A DNA stretch of 62,595 nucleotides, from assembly GCA_025060975.1 (NCBI GenBank), contig JANZKA010000004.1:1-62595 (forward strand), read 5' to 3'. Position 1 is the first letter of the stretch. The number at the start of each line of letters is the position of its first letter. The notes under the pieces are model-generated. The model saw only the letters and a list, made by a program, of their open reading frames with translations. It searched no databases and was not told where the DNA came from. Shown here piece after piece: positions 20,501 to 29,463 of the stretch. The stretch comes from Candidatus Culexarchaeum nevadense (GTDB taxonomy: Archaea > Thermoproteota > Methanomethylicia > Culexarchaeales > Culexarchaeaceae). The translations under genes and the position numbers were made by a program.

Positions 20501-20835
20501 TTATATTTATCGAGAACCCCCATTTTAGATAACTGCACACCACAATTTAGCGCTGTCTGACCACCAAAGCCAAGTAAAATACCATCAGGCTTTTCTCTCT
20601 TAATAACCTCCTCAACATAAAAAGGAGTTACAGGTAAAAGGTATATTTTATCTGCGAGTTTTGGGTCTGTCTGTATCGTTGCAATATTTGGATTCACAAG
20701 TATGGTCTCGATACCCTCTTCTCTCAATGCTTTTAAACATTGACTACCAGAATAATCAAACTCAGCTGCCTCACCAATCTTTATAGCCCCGCTACCCAAT
20801 ATCAGCACTTTTCGAATACCATCAAGTTTAGGCAT
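17551..20835 (-). CDS. carB: Carbamoyl-phosphate synthase large subunit
   Basis: GSGAIKIGEAAEFDYSG, GIHTGDS, duplicated ATP-grasp, NLRASRSFP, MGS-like tail; ATG at 20835 after GAGGTG. Confidence 0.98.
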   Translation of the reverse strand: MPKLDGIRKVLILGSGAIKIGEAAEFDYSGSQCLKALREEGIETILVNPNIATIQTDPKLADKIYLLPVTPFYVEEVIKREKPDGILLGFGGQTALNCGVQLSKMGVLDKYNVRVLGTPIDAIEKTEDRELFKNAMINAGIPVPKSFSTTSVEEALKAARDIGYPVVVRVAYTLGGKGSGVAYNDSELIEIVERALAQSAISQVLVEEYLRHWKEIEFEMMRDYANNCIAVCCMENVDPMGIHTGDSIVVAPSQTLTNREYNILRSASIKVVQSLGIVGECNIQWALNPTSEEFRVIEVNARMSRSSALASKATGYPLAYISAKLSIGYLLPELMNKVTKVTTACFEPALDYVVVKFPRWDFQKFVGVDRGLGTQMKSVGEVMAIGRCFEEALQKAIRMLDLGKNGLVCNHDENECESLEDILYAISHPRDDRIFKIVKAIKLGVSIERIYELSGIDPFFLHKIKNIVDMESKLRNADVNSKNIEILIRKAKQLGFSDKQIALCLGLTEDDVRMLRKKFRILPCVKQIDTLAAEWPAKTNYLYLTYCGDENDVTPNDMSEGSKIIVLGSGVFRIGSSVEFDWCAVNMVWALKKYGIKEVILINYNPETVSTDYDVSDRLYFEELSLERILDIYEFEKPLGVIVSVGGQIPNNLALKLSMNGVNILGTSPISIDMAEDRAKFSSILDELQILQPAWGSFKTISEAKLFASKIGYPVIIRPSYVLSGSSMRVAYDEKELEEYLSLAARVSPEHPVVISKFIDGAKEVEVDGVSDGEDVIIGAIIEHVEEAGIHSGDATMCIPPQTLTPQIIDVIRDYSSKIARRLKIVGPFNIQFLVKNDVVYVIECNLRASRSFPYTSKTIGVSLIDLAAMAILGRKFRNIGVFELPPIPHVSVKVPQFSFMRLSGADPMLGVEMKSTGEVACMGENFADALLKALHAAELNLPIRNGAVLLSVSDNTKINEIKKVVHDLISMGFRVYFTKHTFELFNVYFNSQHMFSDKIMVFNEEITPIDAIRKRMVDIVINICPKNNSHYKVGHDKIHHDEYKLRRIAAEFNIPLITTIELTEALVKAMKQVEYMTIRSLNEYMDGLLWKLW

Positions 20836-20840
20836 GAAGT

Positions 20841-21974
20841 TCACCTCAACATACCTATAAATACATCAAAAAGGAAGCATGTATCCAAAGGACCTGGAGA
20901 ACCTTCAGGGTGCCACTGAACAGAAAAAGCGTCTTTCTCTACATGCTTTAATCCTTCAACAGTTCCATCATTAGCATTCACATACCAAACTTTTAATTTA
21001 GTATCTTTCAATGATGAAGCATCCACAGCAAATCCATGATTTTGAGAAGTTATAAAGCAAGTATTGTTTTCAACATTTAATACTGGTTGGTTCTGAGATC
21101 TATGGCCATACTTCAATTTATACGTTGAACCACCCAAAGCTAAAGCGAGTATTTGATTTCCAAGACAAATCCCAAAAGTTGGAATACCGCTATCAACGAT
21201 CTCCCTTACAGTTGTGATAGTTTCAGTTAGCAACGCTGGATCGCCAGGACCATTGCTTATCAAAACACCATGAGGTCTATAAGATAGAATATCTTCAAAT
21301 GAGAAGTTATATGGAACTCTAATAACATTAACTCCCCTTCTCAAAAGATTGCGGATTATACTTAGCTTTACTCCACAATCTATTACAACAACATTCTTGT
21401 CGCTACCAATATAGTAAGGTATAGGCTCTTTAATGGAAACCTTCTCAACAAGATTAATTTCAATCGGATTGGTTGAACACTTCAATTCTTCAAATAGTTT
21501 TTCAGGATTAATAGATACATGTTCATCAAATACGTAAAGTAAACCCATCATAACACCCTTAGACCTCAATTTCTTAGTAATACTCCTAGTATCAACACCA
21601 AAAATGCCTGGAACACCGTTTTCAAGCAACCACTCATTAAAAGATTTAGAAGAAGACCAATGTGAAGGCATAGTACATAAATCACTAATAACAACCCCAG
21701 AAACTTTTATACCAAAAGACTCGAAGTGTAAGGGTATATTAAACTCGTCAACCAAGCCTAACGATGGGACACCATAATTGCCGATCAATGGATATGTAAA
21801 TAATAGAATTTGACCCACATATGAAGGATCAGTTAAAGCTTCAGTATATCCAACCATAGAAGTTGAAAAAACAACTTCACCTACAACCTTACCAAGAGAG
21901 CCAAAACCATAACCAGTATAAATGGAGCCATCCTCAAGAATCAACATAGCCCTCTTAGATACAGTCTCAGCCAT
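20841..21974 (-). CDS. carA: Carbamoyl-phosphate synthase small (glutaminase) subunit
   Basis: GEVVFSTSMVGY, SNGPGDP, GICLGNQ, SQNHGFAV, QWHPE. Confidence 0.97.
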   Translation of the reverse strand: MAETVSKRAMLILEDGSIYTGYGFGSLGKVVGEVVFSTSMVGYTEALTDPSYVGQILLFTYPLIGNYGVPSLGLVDEFNIPLHFESFGIKVSGVVISDLCTMPSHWSSSKSFNEWLLENGVPGIFGVDTRSITKKLRSKGVMMGLLYVFDEHVSINPEKLFEELKCSTNPIEINLVEKVSIKEPIPYYIGSDKNVVVIDCGVKLSIIRNLLRRGVNVIRVPYNFSFEDILSYRPHGVLISNGPGDPALLTETITTVREIVDSGIPTFGICLGNQILALALGGSTYKLKYGHRSQNQPVLNVENNTCFITSQNHGFAVDASSLKDTKLKVWYVNANDGTVEGLKHVEKDAFSVQWHPEGSPGPLDTCFLFDVFIGMLR

Positions 21975-22026
21975 CGAAATCGTTTCAGCCTCCAGAAACT
22001 TGAACAAAAAAATACTTTAAATCTTA

Positions 22027-22042
22027 TGTTACAATCGTAACA
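22027..22042. promoter_or_regulatory. Inverted repeat TGTTAC-N4-GTAACA upstream of carA, candidate operator
   Basis: Perfect 6-bp arms immediately upstream of a TTTAAA box on the carA strand. Confidence 0.35.
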
Positions 22043-22332
22043 ATCCATAAGAAAACTTAACAAAACAATGGCATCTTCATTATTAGCAAGATTAGTATTT
22101 TTGAAACAAAATAGGGAATAGAACATAAGAGTCTATGGAATATGTGAAAATTAAAGATTCTTAGAATGAGATCATACCCTCAATTGCAAATACGTTTCAC
22201 TGTTATTATATAATCAATATCAATTCTAAATTCAATGAAAAGATATAAAAATAGTAAAATGACTTCTAAAATCATATACATTCAAGTAAAATTACTAAAT
22301 AAATTAAATAAAATAAATTTTTTATAATATAA

Positions 22333-22410
22333 TGGAGCCTCGGGCGGGATTTGAACCCGCGACCTACGCCTTACCAAGGCGCCGCTCTAACCAGACTGAG
22401 CTACCGAGGC
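22333..22410 (-). tRNA. tRNA-Thr(GGT), CCA encoded
   Basis: GCCTCGG/CCGAGGC-T-CCA, GCGCC-TTGGTAA-GGCGT. Confidence 0.97.
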
Positions 22411-22481
22411 ATTACCCATTATAGATTAAAAATCATTAAATATTCTTTAAGTTTTTGCTGGAATGGCGGCAGCATGCTGTG

Positions 22482-22634
22482 CTACTTTTTTATAAGATCC
22501 ATGAAATTAGCACAGCTAATACAGACTTGCATACCCTCCCTCTCTGTTGTACAGTTTTTACATACATTCTTGAAACACATTTCGCACTTGTACACTTCAT
22601 TAACCTTAGCCCCGCATATTGGACATGTGTACAA
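22482..22634 (-). CDS. Small 50-aa zinc-finger protein with four CxxC motifs (below ORF-track cutoff)
   Basis: TTG start after AGGTGA; MYTCPICGAKVNEVYKCEMCFKNVCKNCTTEREGMQVCISCANFMDLIKK*. Confidence 0.8.
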   Translation of the reverse strand: MYTCPICGAKVNEVYKCEMCFKNVCKNCTTEREGMQVCISCANFMDLIKK

Positions 22635-22685
22635 AGCACATTTCACCTTTAAAATAATATTGTAAAAAATACTATTTATTCTTTG

Positions 22686-24377
22686 TTAAAGCCATTTAGC
22701 TGTTAAATCATCCTTAAACGTTTTTACCTTGATACCTTTAGAGGGGAAAGTTGGTTGACAATGGGTGAATTCTAAAATGGATACTGGCATTTCAATGTTA
22801 AAGTTAATTAAAACTTTTGGATGAATTTCACCTATTAAACCAATGCATTTATCTTTAACTTTCACTATGGCAACTCTGCCACTTATAAATGATGGATGAT
22901 TATACTGTTCTAGGGATACTTCAACCCCGAGTCCATCCATTAATGACACTAAAACTTCCTTAGCATCAGTAAATGAAGCTTTTGAATATGATATGGCTAC
23001 AGCTGTATTTCTCTGGACGTAGATATCCTCTTCCAACGGTATTGCTACGTATCCTATTTCAAATATTTTCTGGGGATAAGCAGAATGTTTATTTTGTGAA
23101 AGGAAACGCAATAAATTTGGAGTTATCCAAAATCTATAACAATTGTATTCTTCACTAATTGGATTGACCAATTTTAATACGTTTGCATTATTTATATTCA
23201 TTAGAGTCGTTTGGCTAGCAATACTTGTTAGTGTGAAAGTCATCACCTCTTGGAATCCCATTCCAATGAGCAGCTCTCTAATCTTTCCCTCCAAAACTTC
23301 GATTAATGATGGTTTTCCAACAGTCATTATTGATGGAAGTTCAGGAGTTATGTTTTCATATCCATAAGATATCAGCATATCCTCAATGATATCAACTGGA
23401 TGAAGGACGTCAACTCTATAGGGGGGTATAATGACGTCAACTTCTGTATAGTTCACCACTCTAATTCCGTAACCCATTCTCTTTAAAAGTATTAAAGCTT
23501 CATCTAAACTGATTTTTACACCTATAAGTCTGTTAAACATTTCAATATTGATACGCATTTGTTTAGGTGTTAAATTGGGGGTTATTTTACTAAAATTAGG
23601 GTATTTAATGGCAACCTTCTCTAAGATACCGCCTCTCTCAAGAATATTACATACAAGTACGTTTAATGTTTGTTCAACAGATTTTTCGTCAATCCCAGTC
23701 AATTCTATAAATAAATTTCTTGTGGATTCATTAACTCTAGTGCGCTCTCCATTTATTATAGGGGGGAAACTGAAAATTCCTTTTTTATCAATGTATACTG
23801 GGTAAGCCTCTTTTACAAGTGTGGAGTAAGCTTTACCCTTAGGATGTTTTACCAAAATTTCCTTGAGAGACATTTCTTCATACATATCCAGTGGAATCAT
23901 CTTCTCATCTCCATCTACTTCAGTATATATTATTGGTGGCACTATTTTGTCGTAATCATGTATTCCTATAGCAACTTTCCTTCTATTTCTACCAAGAGTT
24001 ATGTGTAAAGCTTCTTGCATGTTCATTAAACTCTTTATGAAATCATTATCAATAGTTAAGTTTCTAATGATTGCACATGCTATGTATGGACGTGTTTTCG
24101 CATCTTTAACGTACACTTCTATGCGAGGCTCGTCTGAATATAAAGAACCATGTGTAGTGCGGTTTAATTCAACTCCGAAGAAGTTTCTTACAGCTCTGGA
24201 TAATCCTTCAACACTTAAGAGATCAGGGCGATCAGGTTCAAGTTCAACTATTATTTCTTCTCCCTTAATGCTTTTAATTTCCCCTTTAAATTGTCGTATA
24301 GCATAAAATATCTTCTCAACACTTTCTATACGGGTAAATCTCATTAAGTCATTTATATTAAAACTTAGAGTGGGCAC
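22686..24377 (-). CDS. pheT: Phenylalanine-tRNA ligase beta subunit
   Basis: DRPDLLSVEG, RRKVAIGIHD, IPPYRVDVLHPVDIIED, GEIHPKVL; GTG start giving MPTL. Confidence 0.97.
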   Translation of the reverse strand: MPTLSFNINDLMRFTRIESVEKIFYAIRQFKGEIKSIKGEEIIVELEPDRPDLLSVEGLSRAVRNFFGVELNRTTHGSLYSDEPRIEVYVKDAKTRPYIACAIIRNLTIDNDFIKSLMNMQEALHITLGRNRRKVAIGIHDYDKIVPPIIYTEVDGDEKMIPLDMYEEMSLKEILVKHPKGKAYSTLVKEAYPVYIDKKGIFSFPPIINGERTRVNESTRNLFIELTGIDEKSVEQTLNVLVCNILERGGILEKVAIKYPNFSKITPNLTPKQMRINIEMFNRLIGVKISLDEALILLKRMGYGIRVVNYTEVDVIIPPYRVDVLHPVDIIEDMLISYGYENITPELPSIMTVGKPSLIEVLEGKIRELLIGMGFQEVMTFTLTSIASQTTLMNINNANVLKLVNPISEEYNCYRFWITPNLLRFLSQNKHSAYPQKIFEIGYVAIPLEEDIYVQRNTAVAISYSKASFTDAKEVLVSLMDGLGVEVSLEQYNHPSFISGRVAIVKVKDKCIGLIGEIHPKVLINFNIEMPVSILEFTHCQPTFPSKGIKVKTFKDDLTAKWL

Positions 24378-24379
24378 GT

Positions 24380-25984
24380 CTAGACCCCCCATAATGATGG
24401 GATCTTCTTTGATCTTAACCAGTCTAAATCATTGGAGAAAAGTAGTCTTATATCTTCTATTCCAAGAGCTACCATAGCCAATCTATCTATTCCAAGTCCC
24501 CAAGCAAGAACTGTAGCTTTTATTCCAAGTGGATATGTAACTTCAGGTCTGAAAATACCTGCAGGTAAGGCTTCAATCCAACCCAATTTATCATGTTTAA
24601 TATATCCAACGACGCTTGGTTCTGTAAATGGAAAGTATGCTGGCTGGAATTTAACTTCCTTTATACCGAAAGCTTCTGCAATGGTCTTTAAAAAGCCTAG
24701 TAGGTGTTTAAAATTGACGTCATATGACACCACAATCCCCTCGCATTGATTAAACTCCATTAAATGAGTAGCATCGATTTTATCAGGCCTATAATTCCTA
24801 TCTATTGTAAATATCTTTTTTGGCAAATCTTCATCACTTAACTGAGATAAGCAACGCACTGACAATGCTGTGGTTTGACTTCTCAATATACGTTTTAAAG
24901 CAAGTTCAGGATCCCAGTAACCCCAACCCTTCGAACCCGTTTCCCAACCATTTTCATGAGTAGCTTTAACATGCCCCCATATTTCTCTACTGCAAACTTT
25001 ATCTAAGGTCATTTGCCTATAATCAACATAAAATACATCATGTATATCCCTTGCAGGATGATCTGAAGGCATGAAAAGGGCGTCCGCATTCCAGAAGTTA
25101 ACTTCTATTGGTGGACTAATAACTTCTTCAAACCCTAATCCTATAAGTACTTCTCGAATTTCGTCTATTATTTCTCTATATGGATGTTTCTTTCCAAAAA
25201 TAAGCTTCTTTACAGGGGCAGAAACGTCATAAGGTCTAAAGTAGAGATTAGACCACTCACCGGAGACTATAATGTCTCTTGTAAGCTCATTGACAATTTT
25301 AATGTTTTTAATGTCTAATGTGTTACGAATCGAAAAAAGTTCTTTAATAATGTTTAAAGCCTTTAGACCTATTTGAGTTAATGAAGCTTTGACTTCTTTT
25401 ACAATCCTATCTTTAATTATCCTCCCTCTTTTCTTTAAAGATTCCAGTAGATTCAGATCTTCCTTAAGGAGGGGGGAGCCGCTCTTAATTTTATTTAATA
25501 GGACATATGGAGGATAATTACTTATGAGGTCAGTAACATTTTCAATGTTTAATTTTATAATTCTCGTTTCATTCACTTTTTCAATAGAAACCCAACCTAA
25601 TCTGATAGCCCAGCTCAAGCCTATCTTTAATTCAGCCTCACTTAATTGAAGATCTTCAATTAAAGACATGCCACCACGTTCACTTAACTTTTTAATAACC
25701 CTTTGTTCTGGGAATAGTTCTTTTAAGTAGTTTTCCCCTTCCACATCTAACTCATATATAGATATGTAACTCTCATCTACTGATATGAGGTTCTTCTCCT
25801 TTAAAGACTCAAAAGCCCATAATACTGAATCCACCGACAAACCAGTTTTCTCAGAAACATCTTTTACTGTATGAAAATTCTCTAGGGCTATCAAAACTTT
25901 TATTTCAATTGGATGAAGCATCCATATGATTTTTTGAAGATCTAATGGAATTGGAGTTCCATCAGCCTCTCCCACACTACACAT
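24380..25984 (-). CDS. pheS: Phenylalanine-tRNA ligase alpha subunit (archaeal long form)
   Basis: FWNADALFMPSDHPARD, THLMEFNQCEG, YFPFTEPS, AWGLGIDRL. Confidence 0.98.
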   Translation of the reverse strand: MCSVGEADGTPIPLDLQKIIWMLHPIEIKVLIALENFHTVKDVSEKTGLSVDSVLWAFESLKEKNLISVDESYISIYELDVEGENYLKELFPEQRVIKKLSERGGMSLIEDLQLSEAELKIGLSWAIRLGWVSIEKVNETRIIKLNIENVTDLISNYPPYVLLNKIKSGSPLLKEDLNLLESLKKRGRIIKDRIVKEVKASLTQIGLKALNIIKELFSIRNTLDIKNIKIVNELTRDIIVSGEWSNLYFRPYDVSAPVKKLIFGKKHPYREIIDEIREVLIGLGFEEVISPPIEVNFWNADALFMPSDHPARDIHDVFYVDYRQMTLDKVCSREIWGHVKATHENGWETGSKGWGYWDPELALKRILRSQTTALSVRCLSQLSDEDLPKKIFTIDRNYRPDKIDATHLMEFNQCEGIVVSYDVNFKHLLGFLKTIAEAFGIKEVKFQPAYFPFTEPSVVGYIKHDKLGWIEALPAGIFRPEVTYPLGIKATVLAWGLGIDRLAMVALGIEDIRLLFSNDLDWLRSKKIPSLWGV

Positions 25985-26100
25985 TTTAATCCTCCTTTTA
26001 TATATTTATTCATTACCCATATTCCTAGTTTATAAGGTTTGGGTACAATAAATTAAACACAAAATAATTTTAAATAATAACTTACCAGAGAGGTTATATC

Positions 26101-26979
26101 ATGGAGATAAAAGGGATATATGTACCGCATGTCACACCTTTCAAACATGATGGAGAAATAGATAGGGAATCGCTAAAAAGATGTATAGAATTCTGGATTA
26201 ATAGCGGAGTTAACGGTCTTGTAACATTAGGTAGTAATGGAGAATTCCCATACTTAACTTATGAAGAAAGGATATCAGTAGTGAAGGATGTAATTGATTA
26301 TGTTAATGGGAGAGTGAAGATTATAGTGGGGACAGGAGCGCCAAGTACGTATGAAACGATAAAATTTTCTAAAGACATTTTAGATATAGGAGGAGTCGAC
26401 GCATTAATAATAGTCACACCATATTACTTCCCCCTATCATCAAATGAACTAATAGCCCATTACTCAGAAGTTCTAAGTAAAGTGGATGCACCAATACTGC
26501 TATATGACGTACCAAAATTTACTGGATATAGCATGGATGTAAGCGTAGTGGAAAAGCTAGTGAAAGAGCATAGCAATATCGTGGGTATAAAAGACAGTAC
26601 CGGAAACATGTTTCACATATCAGAAACTATAAGAACTGTGGGAGACAAAATTAGTGTACTTTCTGGAACTGCTGAATTCATATTACCAACATTGATACTT
26701 GGAGGGAAAGGAGCAATAGTAGCTGTGGCAAATTTCATACCAGAACTCACTGTGAAACTCTACAATGACTTTCTCGAGAAAAAATATGAAGAAGCCGCAA
26801 AAAGCCAATTGAAAATAAATGCAATATGGTACGCTTTAAGGAAATTTAACCAACTTTCAGCAGTAAAAGCCTGTATGAATATAAGAAATATTAATGCAGG
26901 ATATCCAAGAAAACCCTCATTACCATTAAATGACAGTGAAATAAACTATGTAAAAGAAATATTATTAAAGTATTTGTGA
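26101..26979 (+). CDS. DapA/KDG-aldolase family class I aldolase
   Basis: LGSNGEF, LLYDVP, catalytic GIKDS. Confidence 0.9.
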   Translation: MEIKGIYVPHVTPFKHDGEIDRESLKRCIEFWINSGVNGLVTLGSNGEFPYLTYEERISVVKDVIDYVNGRVKIIVGTGAPSTYETIKFSKDILDIGGVDALIIVTPYYFPLSSNELIAHYSEVLSKVDAPILLYDVPKFTGYSMDVSVVEKLVKEHSNIVGIKDSTGNMFHISETIRTVGDKISVLSGTAEFILPTLILGGKGAIVAVANFIPELTVKLYNDFLEKKYEEAAKSQLKINAIWYALRKFNQLSAVKACMNIRNINAGYPRKPSLPLNDSEINYVKEILLKYL

Positions 26980-27036
26980 ATAACAAAAATTTAATTTAAA
27001 ATTTTTAATAAATGATTAAAGTGGTGATCATTGAAG

Positions 27037-27732
27037 ATGATGGAAAATGAATATAACAGAGATATAGCTGAATTGAAAGAAAGAGTTCAGAAAATTTTAT
27101 TATTACTAAAACAAGCATACCCAGATGTAAAGGGGACTGAATTGAATTTCAGCAACGCATGGGAACTATTGGTTGCAACAGTACTAGCTGCTCAGACGCC
27201 AGACGCAAGAGTAAATGAAGTAACAAAAATACTATTTCAAAAATATAAATCAGTAAAAGACTACGCTGAAGCTGACGAGAAGGAGTTAGAGGAAATATTG
27301 AAACCAATAAACTTTTACCGTAAGAAAACACAAAGAATAAAGTCAATAGCAAAAATAATACTAGAGAAGTATAATGGGGAGATCCCGAAATCGATAGAAG
27401 AACTAACAAAAATACCAGGTATTGGTAGAAAAACAGCAAATATGGTGCTAGCAAATGCATTAAATGTAATTGAAGGAATAACGGTAGACACGCATGTAAT
27501 GAGACTTGCAAATAGACTTAAACTAACAACACAAAAAGACAGAAACAAAATAGAGAAGGAACTCATGGAAATAATACCAAGGGAAGAATGGTTTAATTTC
27601 TCAAATCTACTAATAGCACACGGCAAAAGAGTATGCAACGCTAAAAAACCAAAATGTGAAATATGTATTATAAGAGAATTATGTCCATCGTTTCAAATAA
27701 GAAGTGAATCAAGATCAATCAAAAATAATTAA
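27037..27732 (+). CDS. nth: Endonuclease III (HhH-GPD, [4Fe-4S])
   Basis: LLVATVLAAQTPD, LTKIPGIGRKTAN, VDTHV, C-x6-C-x2-C-x5-C. Confidence 0.96.
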   Translation: MMENEYNRDIAELKERVQKILLLLKQAYPDVKGTELNFSNAWELLVATVLAAQTPDARVNEVTKILFQKYKSVKDYAEADEKELEEILKPINFYRKKTQRIKSIAKIILEKYNGEIPKSIEELTKIPGIGRKTANMVLANALNVIEGITVDTHVMRLANRLKLTTQKDRNKIEKELMEIIPREEWFNFSNLLIAHGKRVCNAKKPKCEICIIRELCPSFQIRSESRSIKNN

Positions 27733-27962
27733 ATTTCTTAATTGATATAATTGATATAACAAATCGAACTGTTATGGAAAAATCACTGGCAGTATTATGA
27801 GAGGTACCTAGCATAACTTAAATTGCAATGTGGTATGACTTTAAATATAGTTTTTCCCAATTTTTCTGAGATGTTATATCCCTCACAAATTCATTCTTAA
27901 ATTAATATAACTGTTACTTCATCCAGCAAGAGCAGAAAATATGTACTCATACTTTAAATTGA

Positions 27963-28060
27963 TGCGGGGGGTGGGATTTGAACCCACGAACCCCTCCGGG
28001 ACAGCCGTTCTGAGAATCCTCCTCAGGGCTGCGCCTTTGACCTGGCTTGGCTACCCCCGC
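27963..28060 (-). tRNA. tRNA-Leu(GAG) with 13-nt intron at 37/38 (28008-28020)
   Basis: GCGGGGG/CCCCCGC-A, CAGCC-CTGAGG[intron]C-GGCTG, BHB helix CTGA/TCAG, long variable arm. Confidence 0.95.
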
Positions 28061-28141
28061 ATTGCATACTATATATTTTAGTACGATACCTAAAAATATT
28101 GTTAACTTGCTAATGAAAGCAAACGTGGTTTTATTTATGAT

Positions 28142-28411
28142 TTACTGGACTACACCCATCCTCGATATTATATCTCCTCTTGCCTTTTTGAATTTCACTG
28201 ATGTAATCTTAACCTTGACTATTTCCCCAATTTTAGCTCCTGGAATAAATATAGCTGTGTCTTTAACTCTCGCTATACCTTCACCCTTATCTGAGTAATC
28301 CTCTATTACAACTGTGTATACGTCTCCTTCATTAACTCTACTGAAAAGGTATACCTTTTTCTTTTTACTAGACTTACGTTTAGAACTCTTTTTGCCCATA
28401 TCCTTCCCCAT
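28142..28411 (-). CDS. Single TRAM-domain RNA-binding protein
   Basis: VNEGDVYTVVIEDYSDKGEGIARVKDTAIFIPGAKIGEIVKVKITSV; Lys/Ser-rich N-tail. Confidence 0.88.
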   Translation of the reverse strand: MGKDMGKKSSKRKSSKKKKVYLFSRVNEGDVYTVVIEDYSDKGEGIARVKDTAIFIPGAKIGEIVKVKITSVKFKKARGDIISRMGVVQ

Positions 28412-28421
28412 TTAAAGGAGG

Positions 28422-29162
28422 TTAACGCACCTTTCTTGGAGCCCCCTTCTTCCTCCCAGTTCTTCTAGGAGCAATTATGCCAACTTTCTGTCCAGGAGGA
28501 GCGGTTCTAGAAACTGGGGTTCCACCTTTTGGATGAGCTCCCCCACCGTGTGGATGACTTGCGGCCACCATAGCTTTACCTCTAACAATAGGCCATTTAA
28601 CAGCCTTTCTCTTTATTAGATGATACTTATTTCCGGCTTTTAAGAATGGTTTTTCTACTCTTCCTCCTGCAGCAACTATTCCTATAGTAGCTCTACATCT
28701 AGAGTCTATTGTTTTTAACTTACCTGAAGGTAACTTTATAACAGTTTTCCCAGAGGAATGTGCAACAATAATTGCGTATGTACCAGATCTACGGGCTATT
28801 TTTCCACCATCTCCAGGTCGCAGTTCAACATTACATATATTTGTTCCTTCTGGAATATTACCCACTGGAAGTATGTTTCCAATATCTATTTCTGCAAGCA
28901 CACCTTTAGCTACATTTTTGCCCACATAAATTCCCTCAGGTGCTACTATTAACTCCCTGCTACCATCCTCAAATTTTATCAATGCCAATGGGCACCCTCT
29001 GCCAGGATCATGTAAAAGATCTTCTACGATTCCATTTATCTTCGAGGTATATTCGAGTTTACTTGGAGCACCATACCTTGCAGGGCCGACTTTAATCCAT
29101 TTTGGGGATCTAAAATTTGACCCCCCTCTACCTTTACGCTGTACAAGAATTCTTTTACCCAT
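28422..29162 (-). CDS. rpl2: 50S ribosomal protein L2
   Basis: MGKRILVQRKGRG, HDPGRG, HPHGGG, PPGQKVG. Confidence 0.98.
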   Translation of the reverse strand: MGKRILVQRKGRGGSNFRSPKWIKVGPARYGAPSKLEYTSKINGIVEDLLHDPGRGCPLALIKFEDGSRELIVAPEGIYVGKNVAKGVLAEIDIGNILPVGNIPEGTNICNVELRPGDGGKIARRSGTYAIIVAHSSGKTVIKLPSGKLKTIDSRCRATIGIVAAGGRVEKPFLKAGNKYHLIKRKAVKWPIVRGKAMVAASHPHGGGAHPKGGTPVSRTAPPGQKVGIIAPRRTGRKKGAPRKVR

Positions 29163-29176
29163 TTCATACACCTCTA

Positions 29177-29446
29177 TTATAGTATACCCATCTTTGAAGC
29201 TACATCTGAAGCTGAATACTCTGAGCTAAGTTTGACATACGCCTTCTTTTCACCCTTTGGTGTTATAAGTGTGTTAACTTTATCTACTTTCACATTAAAT
29301 AACTTTTCTACAGCCCATTTGATTAAGTGTTTATTTGCATTTCTATCAACAATAAAAGTCAACTTATTCTCCACCTCAATTTTCCTCAAAGCAGATTCAG
29401 ATATCACAGGCCTTACTATTATCTTCCAAGGATCCATATTTTCCAT
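29177..29446 (-). CDS. rpl23: 50S ribosomal protein L23
   Basis: [31 protein letters not shown]. Confidence 0.97.
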   Translation of the reverse strand: MENMDPWKIIVRPVISESALRKIEVENKLTFIVDRNANKHLIKWAVEKLFNVKVDKVNTLITPKGEKKAYVKLSSEYSASDVASKMGIL

Positions 29447-29463
29447 GGCTTAACCTCCAATTT

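Noticed and set aside
27740-27757. Tandem AATTGATAT x2
   Set aside because: A short AT-rich duplication; no spacer structure and no cas genes, so not CRISPR.
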